This document shows, in pieces, positions 1-10,149 of a DNA stretch of 64,000 nt (positions within the stretch are counted from its first letter, which is position 1; each line of letters begins with the position of its first letter). Both the position numbers and the translations under genes were made by a program. The stretch comes from an uncultured Prevotellaceae bacterium (GTDB lineage Bacteria > Bacteroidota > Bacteroidia > Bacteroidales > Bacteroidaceae): positions 1,887 to 65,886 of the forward strand of contig USTH01000001.1 in the NCBI GenBank assembly GCA_900557555.1. Direction: 5' to 3'. Below the pieces are notes generated by a model. It was not told where the DNA came from, ran no database searches, and worked only from the letters and a program-made list of their open reading frames with translations.

Positions 1-143
1 TCCCAGTGGATGTATATGTGCCAGGCTGCCCACCACGCCCAGAGTCATTCCTCTATGGCATGATGCAACTGCAGCGCAAAGTGAAGGTGGAGCAGTTCTT
101 CGGCACCACCAACCGCAAGCAAAAACAACCAAAAGAAGACTAA
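1..143 (+). CDS. nuoB: NADH-quinone oxidoreductase subunit B, 3' partial
   Basis: Frame 3 reads ...[26 protein letters not shown]... and ends with TAA at 141-143. This is the typical NuoB C-terminus, and the gene sits directly upstream of nuoCD. Confidence 0.85.
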   Translation, partial: PVDVYVPGCPPRPESFLYGMMQLQRKVKVEQFFGTTNRKQKQPKED

Positions 144-162
144 GCCCCAAACTAACGACATT

Positions 163-1731
163 ATGACCTTAGATAACATCAAAACACTGGAGCCGGCAAC
201 GCTGCGCACAGAAATGAAAGCCCTCAAACAGGCTGGCTACGACTATCTGGCGAATCTCGTAGGCATGGACTGGGGCGAAGAGGGAGGCCTTGGTGTGGTT
301 TATGAACTCGAGAACACCGTCACCCACGCCACCACATGGCTCAAAACCTCTACGACCGACAGGGAGAATCCCATTCTGCCTACCGTTAGTGACATGTGGG
401 ACATAGCAAACATATACGAACGCGAAGTCTATGACTTCTACGGAATCAAGTTTGCAGGACACCCCGACATGCGTCGCATCTTCCTTAGGGAAGACTGGGT
501 GGGTTTCCCGATGAGAAAGGACGACAATCCTGAAGAGGAAAACCCTTTCAACATGACCAACGAGCCACTGGCCGACACCACCACGCAATATGACCTCCAG
601 CCTGACGGCACAATAACAACGAAGAAAAACACCATATTCAACGAAGACGACTATGTGGTCAACATCGGCCCACAGCACCCAAGCACCCACGGAGTTCTCC
701 ACTTCAGAGTCGCCCTCGACGGTGAGACCATCAAGAAAATTGATCCGATATTGGGTTACATACACCGCGGAGTGGAGAAGCTCAACGAATCATACACCTA
801 TCCACAAACACTTGCGCTGACCGACCGTCTCGACTATCTGGGGGCCATGCAGAGCCGACATGCACTGTGCATGTGTATAGAGAAAGCCATGGGCATTGAA
901 GTGAGCGACCGTGTGCAAGTGGTACGAACCATACTCGATGAGCTTCAGCGTATCGACTCACACATTCTCTTCTTCAGCTGTCTATGCCAAGATATGGGGG
1001 CCACCACGGCATTCCTGTACGGATTCCGTGACCGCGAGAAGATTCTCGACATCTTCGAGGAGACTTGTGGCGGACGACTCATCATAAACTACAATACCAT
1101 AGGTGGCTTGATGGCTGACATCCACCCTAATTTCCAGAAGCGGGTCAAGGAATTCATTCCATATATGCGCAAAAACATCAAGGAATATCACAAGATTTTC
1201 ACAGGCAACGTGATATTCCAAAACCGTTCAAAAGGAGTCGGCATACTGACCAAGGACCAATGCATCAGCTTTGGCTGTACCGGAGGCACTGGCCGTGCCT
1301 CGGGCTGGGCAAACGATGTGCGCAAGAACCATCCCTACGCTGCCTATGACAAAGTGGAGTTCAACCAAGTGCTCCGTACCGAAGGCGACAGTTTCGCACG
1401 CTATATGATAAGACTCGACGAAATTCTTGAGAGCCTCAACATCATAGAGCAACTCGTTGATAACATTCCCGAAGGCAACTACAAGGAGAAGACCAAGCCC
1501 ATCATCAAGGTTCCCGAAGGGACATACTACCAAGCAGTTGAGTCAAGCCGCGGAGAATTCGGTGTGTTCCTTGAGAGCAAAGGTGACAAGACTCCCTACC
1601 GTCTGCACTACCGTTCAACCGGTCTGCCACTCGTGGCCGCCATGGACACTGTGTGCCGCAACTTCAAGATTGCCGACCTTGTAACCATTGGCGGAACGCT
1701 TGACTACATCGTACCCGATATTGACCGGTAA
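163..1731 (+). CDS. nuoCD: NADH-quinone oxidoreductase, fused subunits C/D
   Basis: 522-aa ORF. The N-terminal ~150 aa are NuoC-like (ERE.YDF.GI.F.GHPD.RR). The rest is NuoD-like (NIGPQHPSTHGVLH, C-terminal PDIDR). Confidence 0.9.
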   Translation: MTLDNIKTLEPATLRTEMKALKQAGYDYLANLVGMDWGEEGGLGVVYELENTVTHATTWLKTSTTDRENPILPTVSDMWDIANIYEREVYDFYGIKFAGHPDMRRIFLREDWVGFPMRKDDNPEEENPFNMTNEPLADTTTQYDLQPDGTITTKKNTIFNEDDYVVNIGPQHPSTHGVLHFRVALDGETIKKIDPILGYIHRGVEKLNESYTYPQTLALTDRLDYLGAMQSRHALCMCIEKAMGIEVSDRVQVVRTILDELQRIDSHILFFSCLCQDMGATTAFLYGFRDREKILDIFEETCGGRLIINYNTIGGLMADIHPNFQKRVKEFIPYMRKNIKEYHKIFTGNVIFQNRSKGVGILTKDQCISFGCTGGTGRASGWANDVRKNHPYAAYDKVEFNQVLRTEGDSFARYMIRLDEILESLNIIEQLVDNIPEGNYKEKTKPIIKVPEGTYYQAVESSRGEFGVFLESKGDKTPYRLHYRSTGLPLVAAMDTVCRNFKIADLVTIGGTLDYIVPDIDR

Positions 1732-1778
1732 CAAACCATTCTTATATCCTTAAAGATAATTAAAACACCACTAAAGAA

Positions 1779-2861
1779 ATGTTCTTTAATTTCAACACCG
1801 TAACACAATGGATTGACAACCTGCTCGGCTCTGTCATGCCTGGCTGGGCGGCCACACTGGTTGAGTGTGTGCTGGTGGCTCTTGCCGTCATAACGCTGTA
1901 TGCAGTGTTTGCCATTATCCTTATTTATATGGAGCGCAAGATCTGTGCGTTTTTCCAGTGCCGCCTCGGCCCTATGCGTGTAGGAAAATGGGGAAGCATA
2001 CAGGTCGTATCTGATGTGCTCAAGATGCTCACCAAAGAAATCATCGACCTCAAGAACGTAGACCGTCTGCTTCACAAGATGGCTCCATTTCTTGTGATTA
2101 TAGCTTCAATGCTCACATTCTCCTGCCTGCCCTGGAACAAGGAAGCCGGAATTATAGATTTCAATGTCGGAATTGTTTTCTTCCTCGCTTCTGGCAGTAT
2201 CGGAGTAGTCGGCATTCTGCTTGCCGGCTGGAGCAGTAACAACAAATACGCTCTGATTGGAGCCATGCGAAGCGGAGCACAGATTATCAGCTACGAAGTG
2301 TCCATCGGACTTACCATGCTCTCCATGATTGTGCTGACTGGCACGATGTCGTTCAGCGAGATATGCCAGCAGCAGTCAGACTTCGGATGGAACATCGTGC
2401 GCGGTCACATTCCTGCAGTCTTAGCTTTCATCGTCTATCTTATAGCAGGCAACGCTGAGTGCAACCGTGGCCCGTTTGACATGCCAGAAGCAGAAAGCGA
2501 GTTGACGGCTGGTTACCATGTAGAATATTCAGGCATGGACTTCGGCTTCTACTATCTCGCAGAATACCTTAACCTGTTTATCTGTGCCGGTATGGCCAGC
2601 ACCATTTTCCTTGGCGGCTGGGCGCCCCTCCACATCTACGGTCTCGAATCGTTTAACTACGCGATGGACTGCATTCCAGGATTTGTATGGATGATTGGCA
2701 AGACCTTCTTTGTGGTATTCCTGCTGATGTGGATACGCTGGACTTTCCCTCGTCTGAGAATAGACCAGTTGCTTTCGCTGGAGTGGAAATATCTGATGCC
2801 TGCCAGTCTTGTCATCCTCGTGATGATGGCTCTGTGCGTCTCATTCGGTTTAACCCTGTAA
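1779..2861 (+). CDS. nuoH: NADH-quinone oxidoreductase subunit H
   Basis: 360-aa polytopic membrane ORF with NuoH/ND1-like motifs (ERK..A..Q.R.GP, AE.E.EL.AGY.VEYSG). It occupies the expected operon position. Confidence 0.9.
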   Translation: MFFNFNTVTQWIDNLLGSVMPGWAATLVECVLVALAVITLYAVFAIILIYMERKICAFFQCRLGPMRVGKWGSIQVVSDVLKMLTKEIIDLKNVDRLLHKMAPFLVIIASMLTFSCLPWNKEAGIIDFNVGIVFFLASGSIGVVGILLAGWSSNNKYALIGAMRSGAQIISYEVSIGLTMLSMIVLTGTMSFSEICQQQSDFGWNIVRGHIPAVLAFIVYLIAGNAECNRGPFDMPEAESELTAGYHVEYSGMDFGFYYLAEYLNLFICAGMASTIFLGGWAPLHIYGLESFNYAMDCIPGFVWMIGKTFFVVFLLMWIRWTFPRLRIDQLLSLEWKYLMPASLVILVMMALCVSFGLTL

Positions 2862-2871
2862 AAACAAGACA

Positions 2872-3432
2872 ATGTCAACAAACAACTATTTCTCAGGCCT
2901 GATGTTCGGCATCAAGTCACTGGCAACTGGCCTGGGAGTGACTATGAAGGAATTTTTCACTCCCAAGATAACAGAGCAATATCCCGAAAACCGAAAAGAA
3001 CTGAAAATGTTTGACCGTTTCCGCGGTCGCCTCGTTATGCTCCACAACGAGAACAACGAGCACACCTGCGTTGGTTGCGGACTATGCCAGACTGCTTGCC
3101 CCAACGGAAGCATCACAGTCACAAGCGAAACATACGAGACAGAAGACGGCAAGAAGAAGCGCCGCCTCGTCAAGTACGAATACGACCTCGGCTGCTGCAT
3201 GTTTTGTGAACTCTGCGTCACGGTATGTCCGAGCAAGGCCATAGCATTTTCTACGGAGTTTGAGAACGCCGTGTTTGACCGTTCCAAGCTTATAACACAA
3301 CTAAACCATCCCGGCAGCAAAGCGGCAGAAAAGAAACCTGCGGTAAAACCTGCTCCTAAGGCCGCTGCCACTACCGAACCCACGGCTATTGCCGCCGACA
3401 ACACAACAAACGAAAAAACTGCAGCCGTATGA
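2872..3432 (+). CDS. nuoI: NADH-quinone oxidoreductase subunit I (2x[4Fe-4S])
   Basis: Two ferredoxin motifs, CVGCGLCQTACP and CMFCELCVTVCP. The gene carries a ~39-aa Ala/Pro/Lys/Thr-rich C-terminal tail and overlaps nuoJ by 4 nt. Confidence 0.9.
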   Translation: MSTNNYFSGLMFGIKSLATGLGVTMKEFFTPKITEQYPENRKELKMFDRFRGRLVMLHNENNEHTCVGCGLCQTACPNGSITVTSETYETEDGKKKRRLVKYEYDLGCCMFCELCVTVCPSKAIAFSTEFENAVFDRSKLITQLNHPGSKAAEKKPAVKPAPKAAATTEPTAIAADNTTNEKTAAV

Positions 3433-3950
3433 TTACAGAAACAATAGTATTTATTATTCTGGCAGCGATAATTGCGATATTCTCAATTCTCTCTGTCACA
3501 ACCAAACGCATTATCCGTGCGGCCACCTACCTGCTTTTCGTGCTCTTTGGCACGGCTGGCCTTTACTTTCTCCTTGGCTACACATTCCTTGGCGCCGTGC
3601 AGATAATGGTTTATGCAGGCGGTGTCGTTGTACTCTATGTCTTTGCGATTATGCTCACCGGCAAGACTGCCACCACCACCCAGAAACAGCTGTGCATTAG
3701 GAAACGCTGTGCGGCTCTCATCGCCACTCTTATTGGCACAGGACTGCTGATGTTTACCTTTGCTTCACGCCAGTTTAAGAGTATTGCACTCGACAACACC
3801 GTGACCAACGAGTCGGCCGCCCCCATAAAAGAGCTGGGTCAGAGGCTGCTTTCTTCTGGTCAAGACGGCTACCTCCTGCCGTTTGAAGCCGTCAGTGTGC
3901 TGCTTCTTGCATGTATCATCGGCGGTCTGATAATCGCCCGCAAACGTTAA
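3429..3950 (+). CDS. nuoJ: NADH-quinone oxidoreductase subunit J
   Basis: 173-aa hydrophobic ORF in the operon position between nuoI and nuoK. Confidence 0.85.
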   Translation: MITETIVFIILAAIIAIFSILSVTTKRIIRAATYLLFVLFGTAGLYFLLGYTFLGAVQIMVYAGGVVVLYVFAIMLTGKTATTTQKQLCIRKRCAALIATLIGTGLLMFTFASRQFKSIALDNTVTNESAAPIKELGQRLLSSGQDGYLLPFEAVSVLLLACIIGGLIIARKR

Positions 3951-3973
3951 TCACCCAAAGAAACTGAAACACT

Positions 3974-4285
3974 ATGAATATCACCATTGATTATTTCCTA
4001 ATTCTTTCCGCCATAATGCTTGGCGCAGGTATGTACGGTTTCTTTACCCGCCGCAACACCTTGGCTATTCTGATATCTATTGAACTTATACTCAATGCCG
4101 CCGACCTCAACTTTGCCGCCTTCAACCGTCTGTGTGATGCGGCTGGGGTAGAAGGCTATATCTTCACATTGTTTTCAATAGCTATCTCTGCGGCAGAGAC
4201 CGCTATCGCCATTGCGGTGATGATCAACGTCTACCGCATGCTCAAGAGCAACCTTGTTGACGAACTTGACAATCTGAAATGGTAA
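3974..4285 (+). CDS. nuoK: NADH-quinone oxidoreductase subunit K
   Basis: 103-aa protein with three predicted TM segments. Size and operon position are typical of NuoK. Confidence 0.85.
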   Translation: MNITIDYFLILSAIMLGAGMYGFFTRRNTLAILISIELILNAADLNFAAFNRLCDAAGVEGYIFTLFSIAISAAETAIAIAVMINVYRMLKSNLVDELDNLKW

Positions 4286-4307
4286 TAACACTTCAAAATC
4301 AGACACA

Positions 4308-6263
4308 ATGTTTTCATACACACTCCTAATTATACTGCTTCCGCTGCTGAGTTTCTTCATTCTCGGCATTGCGGGCAAGTGGCTCAGCCACAAGACGGCA
4401 GGTTGGATTGGCACTCTGTCACTGGCCGCAGTGACCGTGCTGTCATACTACACCGCCTACGATTATTTCCTTGTCATTGGGCGCGATGCTGTCACTCATG
4501 CATTTGAGCGTCAGATGCCGTTCAACTTCACATGGTTGCCATTCTTTGACCAGGATTTGCATTTCGACATGGGCATTCTGTTAGACCCCATCTCGGTCAT
4601 GATGCTCATCGTCATCTCAACCGTGAGTTTCATGGTTCACATCTACTCGTTTGGCTATATGAAAGGCGAGAAAGGCTTTCAACGCTACTATGCGTTTCTC
4701 TCGCTGTTCACCATGTCCATGCTCGGTCTGGTCGTTGCCACTAACATTTTCCAGATGTATCTCTTCTGGGAGCTTGTAGGTGTCAGCTCATATCTGCTCA
4801 TCGGCTTCTACTACACATCGCCAGCCGCCATTGCGGCAAGCAAAAAGGCGTTTATCGTCACACGCTTTGCAGACCTCTTCTTCCTTATCGGAATCTTGAT
4901 TTACGGCTACTACACCGGTTCGTTCAGCTTCGCATTCGACACGGAGTCTGGCCTACAGAGCTATGCGCAGGCAGGTTTCATTTTGCCTCTTGCTCTTACG
5001 CTGATGTTTATAGGCGGTGCAGGAAAGAGCGCCATGTTCCCACTCCACATCTGGTTGCCTGATGCCATGGAGGGTCCAACCCCTGTAAGTGCACTTATCC
5101 ATGCCGCCACCATGGTTGTGGCAGGTGTGTTTCAGGTAGCCCGCCTGTTTCCGTTGTGGGTCACCTATGCTCAAGACTGGATGCCTATCATCATCTGGGT
5201 TGGTGTCTTTACCGCTTTTTATGCAGCAGCGGTGGCGTGTGCCCAAAGCGACATCAAACGTGTGCTGGCCTTTTCCACCATTTCTCAGATTGCCTTTATG
5301 ATGGTTGCGCTCGGTGTGTGCACCGAACTGCAGACTGGCCACGAACATCCGGGAAGCGTGGGTTATATGGCCTCGATGTTCCACCTCTTCACCCATGCCA
5401 TGTTCAAGGCCTGCCTGTTCCTTGGAGCCGGTTGCATTATACACGCTGTCCACAGCAATGAGATGTCTGCCATGGGCGGTCTGCGCAAATACCTGCCACT
5501 GACCCATGTAACATTCCTCATATCCTGCCTTGCCATCAGCGGCATTCCGTTTTTCTCCGGCTTCAGCAGTAAGGACGAAATCATCACCGCTTGCATGGCA
5601 TACAACCCGTTGGTCGGCTGGATTATGACGGGCATCGCCGCAATGACAGCATTCTATATGTTCCGCTTGTACTACGGCATTTTCTGGGGCACAGAGAACA
5701 AGGAACTCCACACAGCCCACCACCCTCACGAAACAGCAATAATGACTACGCCTCTTGTAGTGCTCAGCGTCATAACCGTTGGAGTGGGCATTTACACCAC
5801 ACTTGCCGGTTTCGGACTGTTTGAAGGATACAGTTTCGGTTCGCTCATCAGCGCCGATGGTCAGGATTACCGCATTCACTTTGACCTCACCGTGGCAAGC
5901 TGCTCCACCATCATCGCTATCATATCCATCTGTCTGGCTACCTATATTTTCAAGGGCGAGACCCAACCGATAGCCGTAAAGATGAAGTCGGCTTTCCCAC
6001 GCCTGCACCGCTGGGCCTACAAACGTTTCTACATGGACGAAGTCTACCAGTTTGTTACCCACCGCATCATCTTCGCACATATCAGCAAACCTATCGCATG
6101 GTTTGACCGTCATGTGGTTGATGGGTTCTTTAATTTCCTGGCATGGGGTCTCCACGCCTCCTCTAACGGCATTAAGGGTCTTCAGAGCGGACGTGTGCAG
6201 CAATATGCCATGGTTTACCTCATCGGCACAATTCTGCTTATTGCATTATTACTAATCTTCTAA
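4308..6263 (+). CDS. nuoL: NADH-quinone oxidoreductase subunit L
   Basis: 651-aa antiporter-like subunit (WE.VG..SYLLIGF, GKSA.FPLH.WLPDAMEGPTPVSALIHAATMV). Confidence 0.9.
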   Translation: MFSYTLLIILLPLLSFFILGIAGKWLSHKTAGWIGTLSLAAVTVLSYYTAYDYFLVIGRDAVTHAFERQMPFNFTWLPFFDQDLHFDMGILLDPISVMMLIVISTVSFMVHIYSFGYMKGEKGFQRYYAFLSLFTMSMLGLVVATNIFQMYLFWELVGVSSYLLIGFYYTSPAAIAASKKAFIVTRFADLFFLIGILIYGYYTGSFSFAFDTESGLQSYAQAGFILPLALTLMFIGGAGKSAMFPLHIWLPDAMEGPTPVSALIHAATMVVAGVFQVARLFPLWVTYAQDWMPIIIWVGVFTAFYAAAVACAQSDIKRVLAFSTISQIAFMMVALGVCTELQTGHEHPGSVGYMASMFHLFTHAMFKACLFLGAGCIIHAVHSNEMSAMGGLRKYLPLTHVTFLISCLAISGIPFFSGFSSKDEIITACMAYNPLVGWIMTGIAAMTAFYMFRLYYGIFWGTENKELHTAHHPHETAIMTTPLVVLSVITVGVGIYTTLAGFGLFEGYSFGSLISADGQDYRIHFDLTVASCSTIIAIISICLATYIFKGETQPIAVKMKSAFPRLHRWAYKRFYMDEVYQFVTHRIIFAHISKPIAWFDRHVVDGFFNFLAWGLHASSNGIKGLQSGRVQQYAMVYLIGTILLIALLLIF

Positions 6264-6276
6264 AACTATCAACGAT

Positions 6277-7809
6277 ATGAATTTCCTATCATTATTTGTT
6301 CTTGTCCCAATGGTCATGCTTCTTGGCCTATGGCTGGCAAAAGGTGTGAAAGCCGTACGCGGCGTGATGGTCGTTGGTAGCGCGGCGTTGCTTGCCTTGG
6401 CTATTTATCTGACAATAGACTTTCTCGGACAGCGTGCCGCAGGCAACGATGCTGAAATGCTTTATCAGGCATCATTCACATGGTTTGAGCCTCTAAAAAT
6501 TTCTTACCGCACGGGTGTTGACGGCATCTCGGTGGCAATGCTCCTTTTGAGTGCCATTATTGTGTTTACCGGTACGTTTGCAAGTTGGCGTCTCAACCCC
6601 AACCTCAAAGACTATTTCTTGTGGTTCACCCTTCTGTCAATGGGTGTGTTCGGCTTCTTCATAAGCATTGACATGTTCATGATGTTCATGTTCTACGAGA
6701 TTGCCTTGATTCCTATGTATCTGCTCATCGGCGTGTGGGGTAGCGGCCAGAAGGAATATGCCGCCATGAAGTTGACTCTGATGCTGATGGGTGGCTCGGC
6801 CTTCCTGATGGTCGGCATCTTTGGCATCTTTTATGGTGCTGGCGGTGAAACCATGAACATTCTTGACATAGCTAATCACACCAACGGTGCCCACCCTATC
6901 GAGTTTGCGCAGCAATGCATTTGGTTCCCCCTGACATTCATCGGGTTCGGAGTGCTCGGAGCATTGTTTCCTTTCCACACATGGAGTCCCGACGGCCACG
7001 CCTCAGCGCCCACGGCAGTGTCAATGCTCCATGCTGGTGTGCTGATGAAGCTGGGAGGCTACGGATGCTTCCGTATCGCCATATTCCTCATGCCGGAGGC
7101 CGCCAACGAGCTAAACTGGATATTCCTTATCCTTACTGGTATATCTGTGGTATACGGTGCGATGAGCGCATGTGTACAGACCGACCTCAAGTATATCAAC
7201 GCCTACTCTTCAGTTAGCCACTGTGGTTTGGTATTGTTCGGCATATTGATGCTCACCACGACATCTACTGTCGGTGCTGTTCTGCAGATGCTCTCCCACG
7301 GTTTGATGACGGCTCTCTTCTTTGCCCTCATCGGCATGATTTACGGCCGCACCCATACGCGTAATGTCAACGAGATGAAAGGACTGATGCAAATCATGCC
7401 GTTCCTCAGCGTATGCTTTGTCATTGCCGGTCTTGCCAACCTCGGCCTGCCAGGCTTGAGTGGCTTTGTGGCAGAGATGACAATCTTTGTGGGGTCGTTC
7501 CAGAATGCCGACACCTTCCATCGTGTGTTGACCATCGTGGCAACCTGCTCTATTGTTGTGGCAGCAGTCTACATTCTCCGAATGGTGGGTCGTATGCTCT
7601 ATGGTGTTTGCACCGATGAGCACCACAAGCAACTCACCGATGCCACATGGGAGGAACGCCTCGCTGTGATTTGCCTCATATTTGCCATTGCAGGACTTGG
7701 TCTTGCACCGGCATGGATGAGCAACCTCATCGACAGCAGTGTGGCTCCAATCATAGAGACCGTCAAGAATGCCGGCCCGTTGGTATCGTCATGCAACCCT
7801 TTCATGTAA
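6277..7809 (+). CDS. nuoM: NADH-quinone oxidoreductase subunit M
   Basis: 510-aa antiporter-like subunit ([33 protein letters not shown]). Confidence 0.9.
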   Translation: MNFLSLFVLVPMVMLLGLWLAKGVKAVRGVMVVGSAALLALAIYLTIDFLGQRAAGNDAEMLYQASFTWFEPLKISYRTGVDGISVAMLLLSAIIVFTGTFASWRLNPNLKDYFLWFTLLSMGVFGFFISIDMFMMFMFYEIALIPMYLLIGVWGSGQKEYAAMKLTLMLMGGSAFLMVGIFGIFYGAGGETMNILDIANHTNGAHPIEFAQQCIWFPLTFIGFGVLGALFPFHTWSPDGHASAPTAVSMLHAGVLMKLGGYGCFRIAIFLMPEAANELNWIFLILTGISVVYGAMSACVQTDLKYINAYSSVSHCGLVLFGILMLTTTSTVGAVLQMLSHGLMTALFFALIGMIYGRTHTRNVNEMKGLMQIMPFLSVCFVIAGLANLGLPGLSGFVAEMTIFVGSFQNADTFHRVLTIVATCSIVVAAVYILRMVGRMLYGVCTDEHHKQLTDATWEERLAVICLIFAIAGLGLAPAWMSNLIDSSVAPIIETVKNAGPLVSSCNPFM

Positions 7810-7837
7810 TTCACTAACACACCAAAATCATTCTAAA

Positions 7838-9301
7838 ATGGACTATTCACAATTTCTCAATATGGGTCAGGAGTTATCGCTACTTGCAGTGATAATAATA
7901 TTGTTTGTCGCTGACCTCTTTATGTGTACCGACCGTAAGGATGGCAAGGGTGTGCTCAATACACCACTGCCAGTCATCTTGATGGTTATCCACACAATCG
8001 TAGGTATCTTCCCTTTGCTCACGGTCTGCCCTGGTGACTGCGGATTCGAGACGTGCGCTTTTGGCGGCATGTACGTAGCAAATGCAATGACCACCATTGT
8101 CAAGACCATTATCAACATTGGAACCATCATAGTGTTCCTAACTGCCCACGAATGGCTTAAGTTGCCGGAGTTGGCCAACAAGCAAGGCGAATACTACCTG
8201 CTGACACTCTCTACCCTGCTGGGCATGTATTTCATGGTCAGCGCAGGTCATTTTCTTATGTTCTTCATCGGCCTTGAGCTGGCCTCCGTGCCAATGACAG
8301 CTCTCATAGCCTACTCCAAGAGGTCGCAGGAGAGCGCCGAGGCTTCTGGCAAGTATATTCTGACAGCACTGTTTTCATCAGGCCTGATGCTTTACGGCAT
8401 CTCGCTAATCTATGGCACTGCGGGTACGCTTTATTTCAATCAAGCCGCAGCAAGCATCTGCATGTCCGACCCTGTCCAGATTGCCGCCCTCGTTCTGTTC
8501 ATCGGAGGTATAGGCTTCAAGATTTCGCTCGTGCCTTTCCATCTATGGACAGCCGACGCATATCAGGGAGCCCCCACACCCGTTACATCCTATCTCAGTG
8601 TCATCTCAAAGGGTGCGGCAGCATTTGTACTCTTCACCGTACTCTACAAGGTGTTTGCCCCTGTCATTGACCATGCCAACCTTATCTTCTTCTGGATTAT
8701 CATTTTCTCCATAACCATCGCCAACATCTTCGCTATCCGTCAGAACAACCTCAAGCGCTTTATGGCATTCTCTGCCATCAGTCAGGCAGGTTATCTGGTA
8801 CTTGGTGTAATGGGAGCCACACCTCAGGGCATGACAGCCATCGTATACTACCTGCTGGTGTACATGGTGGCAAACCTTGGCGTGTTTCTCATCATCAGCA
8901 TCACCGAGCAACGTAGTGGCAAGATTAACATCTCCGATTACAACGGGTACTACAAGACCAACCCCAAATTGGCTTTCCTTATGACCCTTGCCCTGTTCAG
9001 CCTTGCAGGCATTCCACCGTTTGCGGGCTTCTTCAGCAAGTTCTTCATGTTCATGGCGGCCTTCAAGGCAGGTTTTGCGCTTCTCGTGTTCATCGCATTA
9101 GTCAACACGGTGATATCTCTCTACTACTACCTTCTCATTGTGAAGGCAATGTACATCAATCCCAACGAGAGCCCAATTGCCACTTTCAAGAGCGACGGAT
9201 ATACCAAGGCCGGACTCTTTATCTGCACCGCAGGTGTTGTGTTGATTGGTATCATCAGCTGGTTCTACACCTATATTGGCCAATTCTGCTACGGCATCTA
9301 A
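7838..9301 (+). CDS. nuoN: NADH-quinone oxidoreductase subunit N
   Basis: Antiporter-like subunit ([24 protein letters not shown]). The start is placed at MDYSQFLN (ATG 7838). The longer ORF from 7769 would overlap nuoM with a non-membrane-like peptide. Confidence 0.85.
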   Translation: MDYSQFLNMGQELSLLAVIIILFVADLFMCTDRKDGKGVLNTPLPVILMVIHTIVGIFPLLTVCPGDCGFETCAFGGMYVANAMTTIVKTIINIGTIIVFLTAHEWLKLPELANKQGEYYLLTLSTLLGMYFMVSAGHFLMFFIGLELASVPMTALIAYSKRSQESAEASGKYILTALFSSGLMLYGISLIYGTAGTLYFNQAAASICMSDPVQIAALVLFIGGIGFKISLVPFHLWTADAYQGAPTPVTSYLSVISKGAAAFVLFTVLYKVFAPVIDHANLIFFWIIIFSITIANIFAIRQNNLKRFMAFSAISQAGYLVLGVMGATPQGMTAIVYYLLVYMVANLGVFLIISITEQRSGKINISDYNGYYKTNPKLAFLMTLALFSLAGIPPFAGFFSKFFMFMAAFKAGFALLVFIALVNTVISLYYYLLIVKAMYINPNESPIATFKSDGYTKAGLFICTAGVVLIGIISWFYTYIGQFCYGI

Positions 9302-9330
9302 CTGCCCGATAGCATAATACATACTAAAAA

Positions 9331-9370
9331 ATGCGCTTTAAAGTCCGTGATGACTTTAAAGCGCATTTTA
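9331..9370 (+). terminator. Rho-independent terminator of the nuo operon
   Basis: Perfect 16-bp stem aatgcgctttaaagtc / gactttaaagcgcatt with a short loop, followed by a T-run, 30 nt after the nuoN stop. Confidence 0.7.
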
Positions 9371-9378
9371 ATTATCAG

Positions 9379-9410
9379 TCATTAGGTCACGAATGACCGT
9401 TTTGGGTTAA
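9379..9410. repeat. Collapsed copy of the MITE-like repeat family (TIR-only)
   Basis: gtcattaggtcacgaatgaccgttttgggtta contains both half-sites of the CCCAAA(T/A)CGGTCATTAGG terminal repeat seen elsewhere in the window. Confidence 0.55.
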
Positions 9411-9469
9411 ATATTGTTAACGCATTATTTTTATTGTTGTCAAACCACAAAATCAATTCAGAAATATTT

Positions 9470-9477
9470 TAATTTTG
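9470..9477 (+). promoter_or_regulatory. Bacteroidetes-type -7 promoter box (TAATTTTG)
   Basis: Matches the TAnnTTTG consensus, 45 nt upstream of ATG 9522. Confidence 0.35.
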
Positions 9478-9521
9478 TCAAGAGAATGTTTTTAGATATT
9501 ATCAACCAAAACATTAGTCTT

Positions 9522-10127
9522 ATGAAACGATTACTACCAATTATTTCGATTGTCACAGGCCTACTTTTTGTCTCGTGTTCCAAATCCCTTACAGACATAG
9601 GCTACAAGCCGGCATCCATAGGAACAATCAATGCCACTAAGGCTTCTGTTTTTTACACTGACCACTCTGGCTCATATTACACCACAAGCATGGCAGCAAC
9701 CTACACTGGTCCTACATACCAATACTATAACAACCCATATACGCAAAACACCAACATGGGAGACATCAACATGGACTTATTGGAAAAGACTGCAATGAAG
9801 GACTGTATTTCTTTTATTGATAAATTCTACAGCAGACTGTTGTCACAGAAATTCAACGCCAAGCAATTCTCAAAGAAATACAAGCCCTCGTGCATCAACC
9901 AAATTAATAACATCGTAGACTCTTTGGCCTTGAGCGGCGACAAAATGGGGGGATGGCAGGTGTTTACCAACAAAGGCTTTGAGCCAGGAATGAAATACAA
10001 CATTGCATACGACAAAGAAGCATGGTTCATAGTCAGCCGCAGAGACAACCCTGATATACACATCTCTGTGCAGATGATTGTGAGCGACCTCAACAAAAAG
10101 CCCCTCATCACAGGAATCAGATACTAA
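9522..10127 (+). CDS. Lipoprotein of unknown function, distant paralog of a domain in the 420-aa lipoprotein at 14328-15590
   Basis: Start is set at MKRLLPIISIVTGLLFVSCSK (signal peptide plus lipobox Cys). The C-terminal segment F.DKFYSRLL...GGWQVF...ISVQMIV...ITGIRY parallels ...GGWQILKP...VSIKVEY...IVGVRN in the 420-aa lipoprotein. Confidence 0.7.
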   Translation: MKRLLPIISIVTGLLFVSCSKSLTDIGYKPASIGTINATKASVFYTDHSGSYYTTSMAATYTGPTYQYYNNPYTQNTNMGDINMDLLEKTAMKDCISFIDKFYSRLLSQKFNAKQFSKKYKPSCINQINNIVDSLALSGDKMGGWQVFTNKGFEPGMKYNIAYDKEAWFIVSRRDNPDIHISVQMIVSDLNKKPLITGIRY

Positions 10128-10149
10128 ACAGTGGGAGGGCAAATATAAA

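Noticed and set aside
7769-7837. Longer N-terminal extensions offered by the ORF track for nuoN (7769), the 9414 lipoprotein, metY (29143), uppS (34847), the ECF sigma (57381), the UPF0104 gene (59022), rnz (60073), the GT fusion (14409) and the dockerin-repeat protein (55580).
   Set aside because: In each case an internal Met begins the conserved or signal-peptide sequence. The upstream extension overlaps the preceding gene, a repeat element or AT-rich promoter-like DNA.
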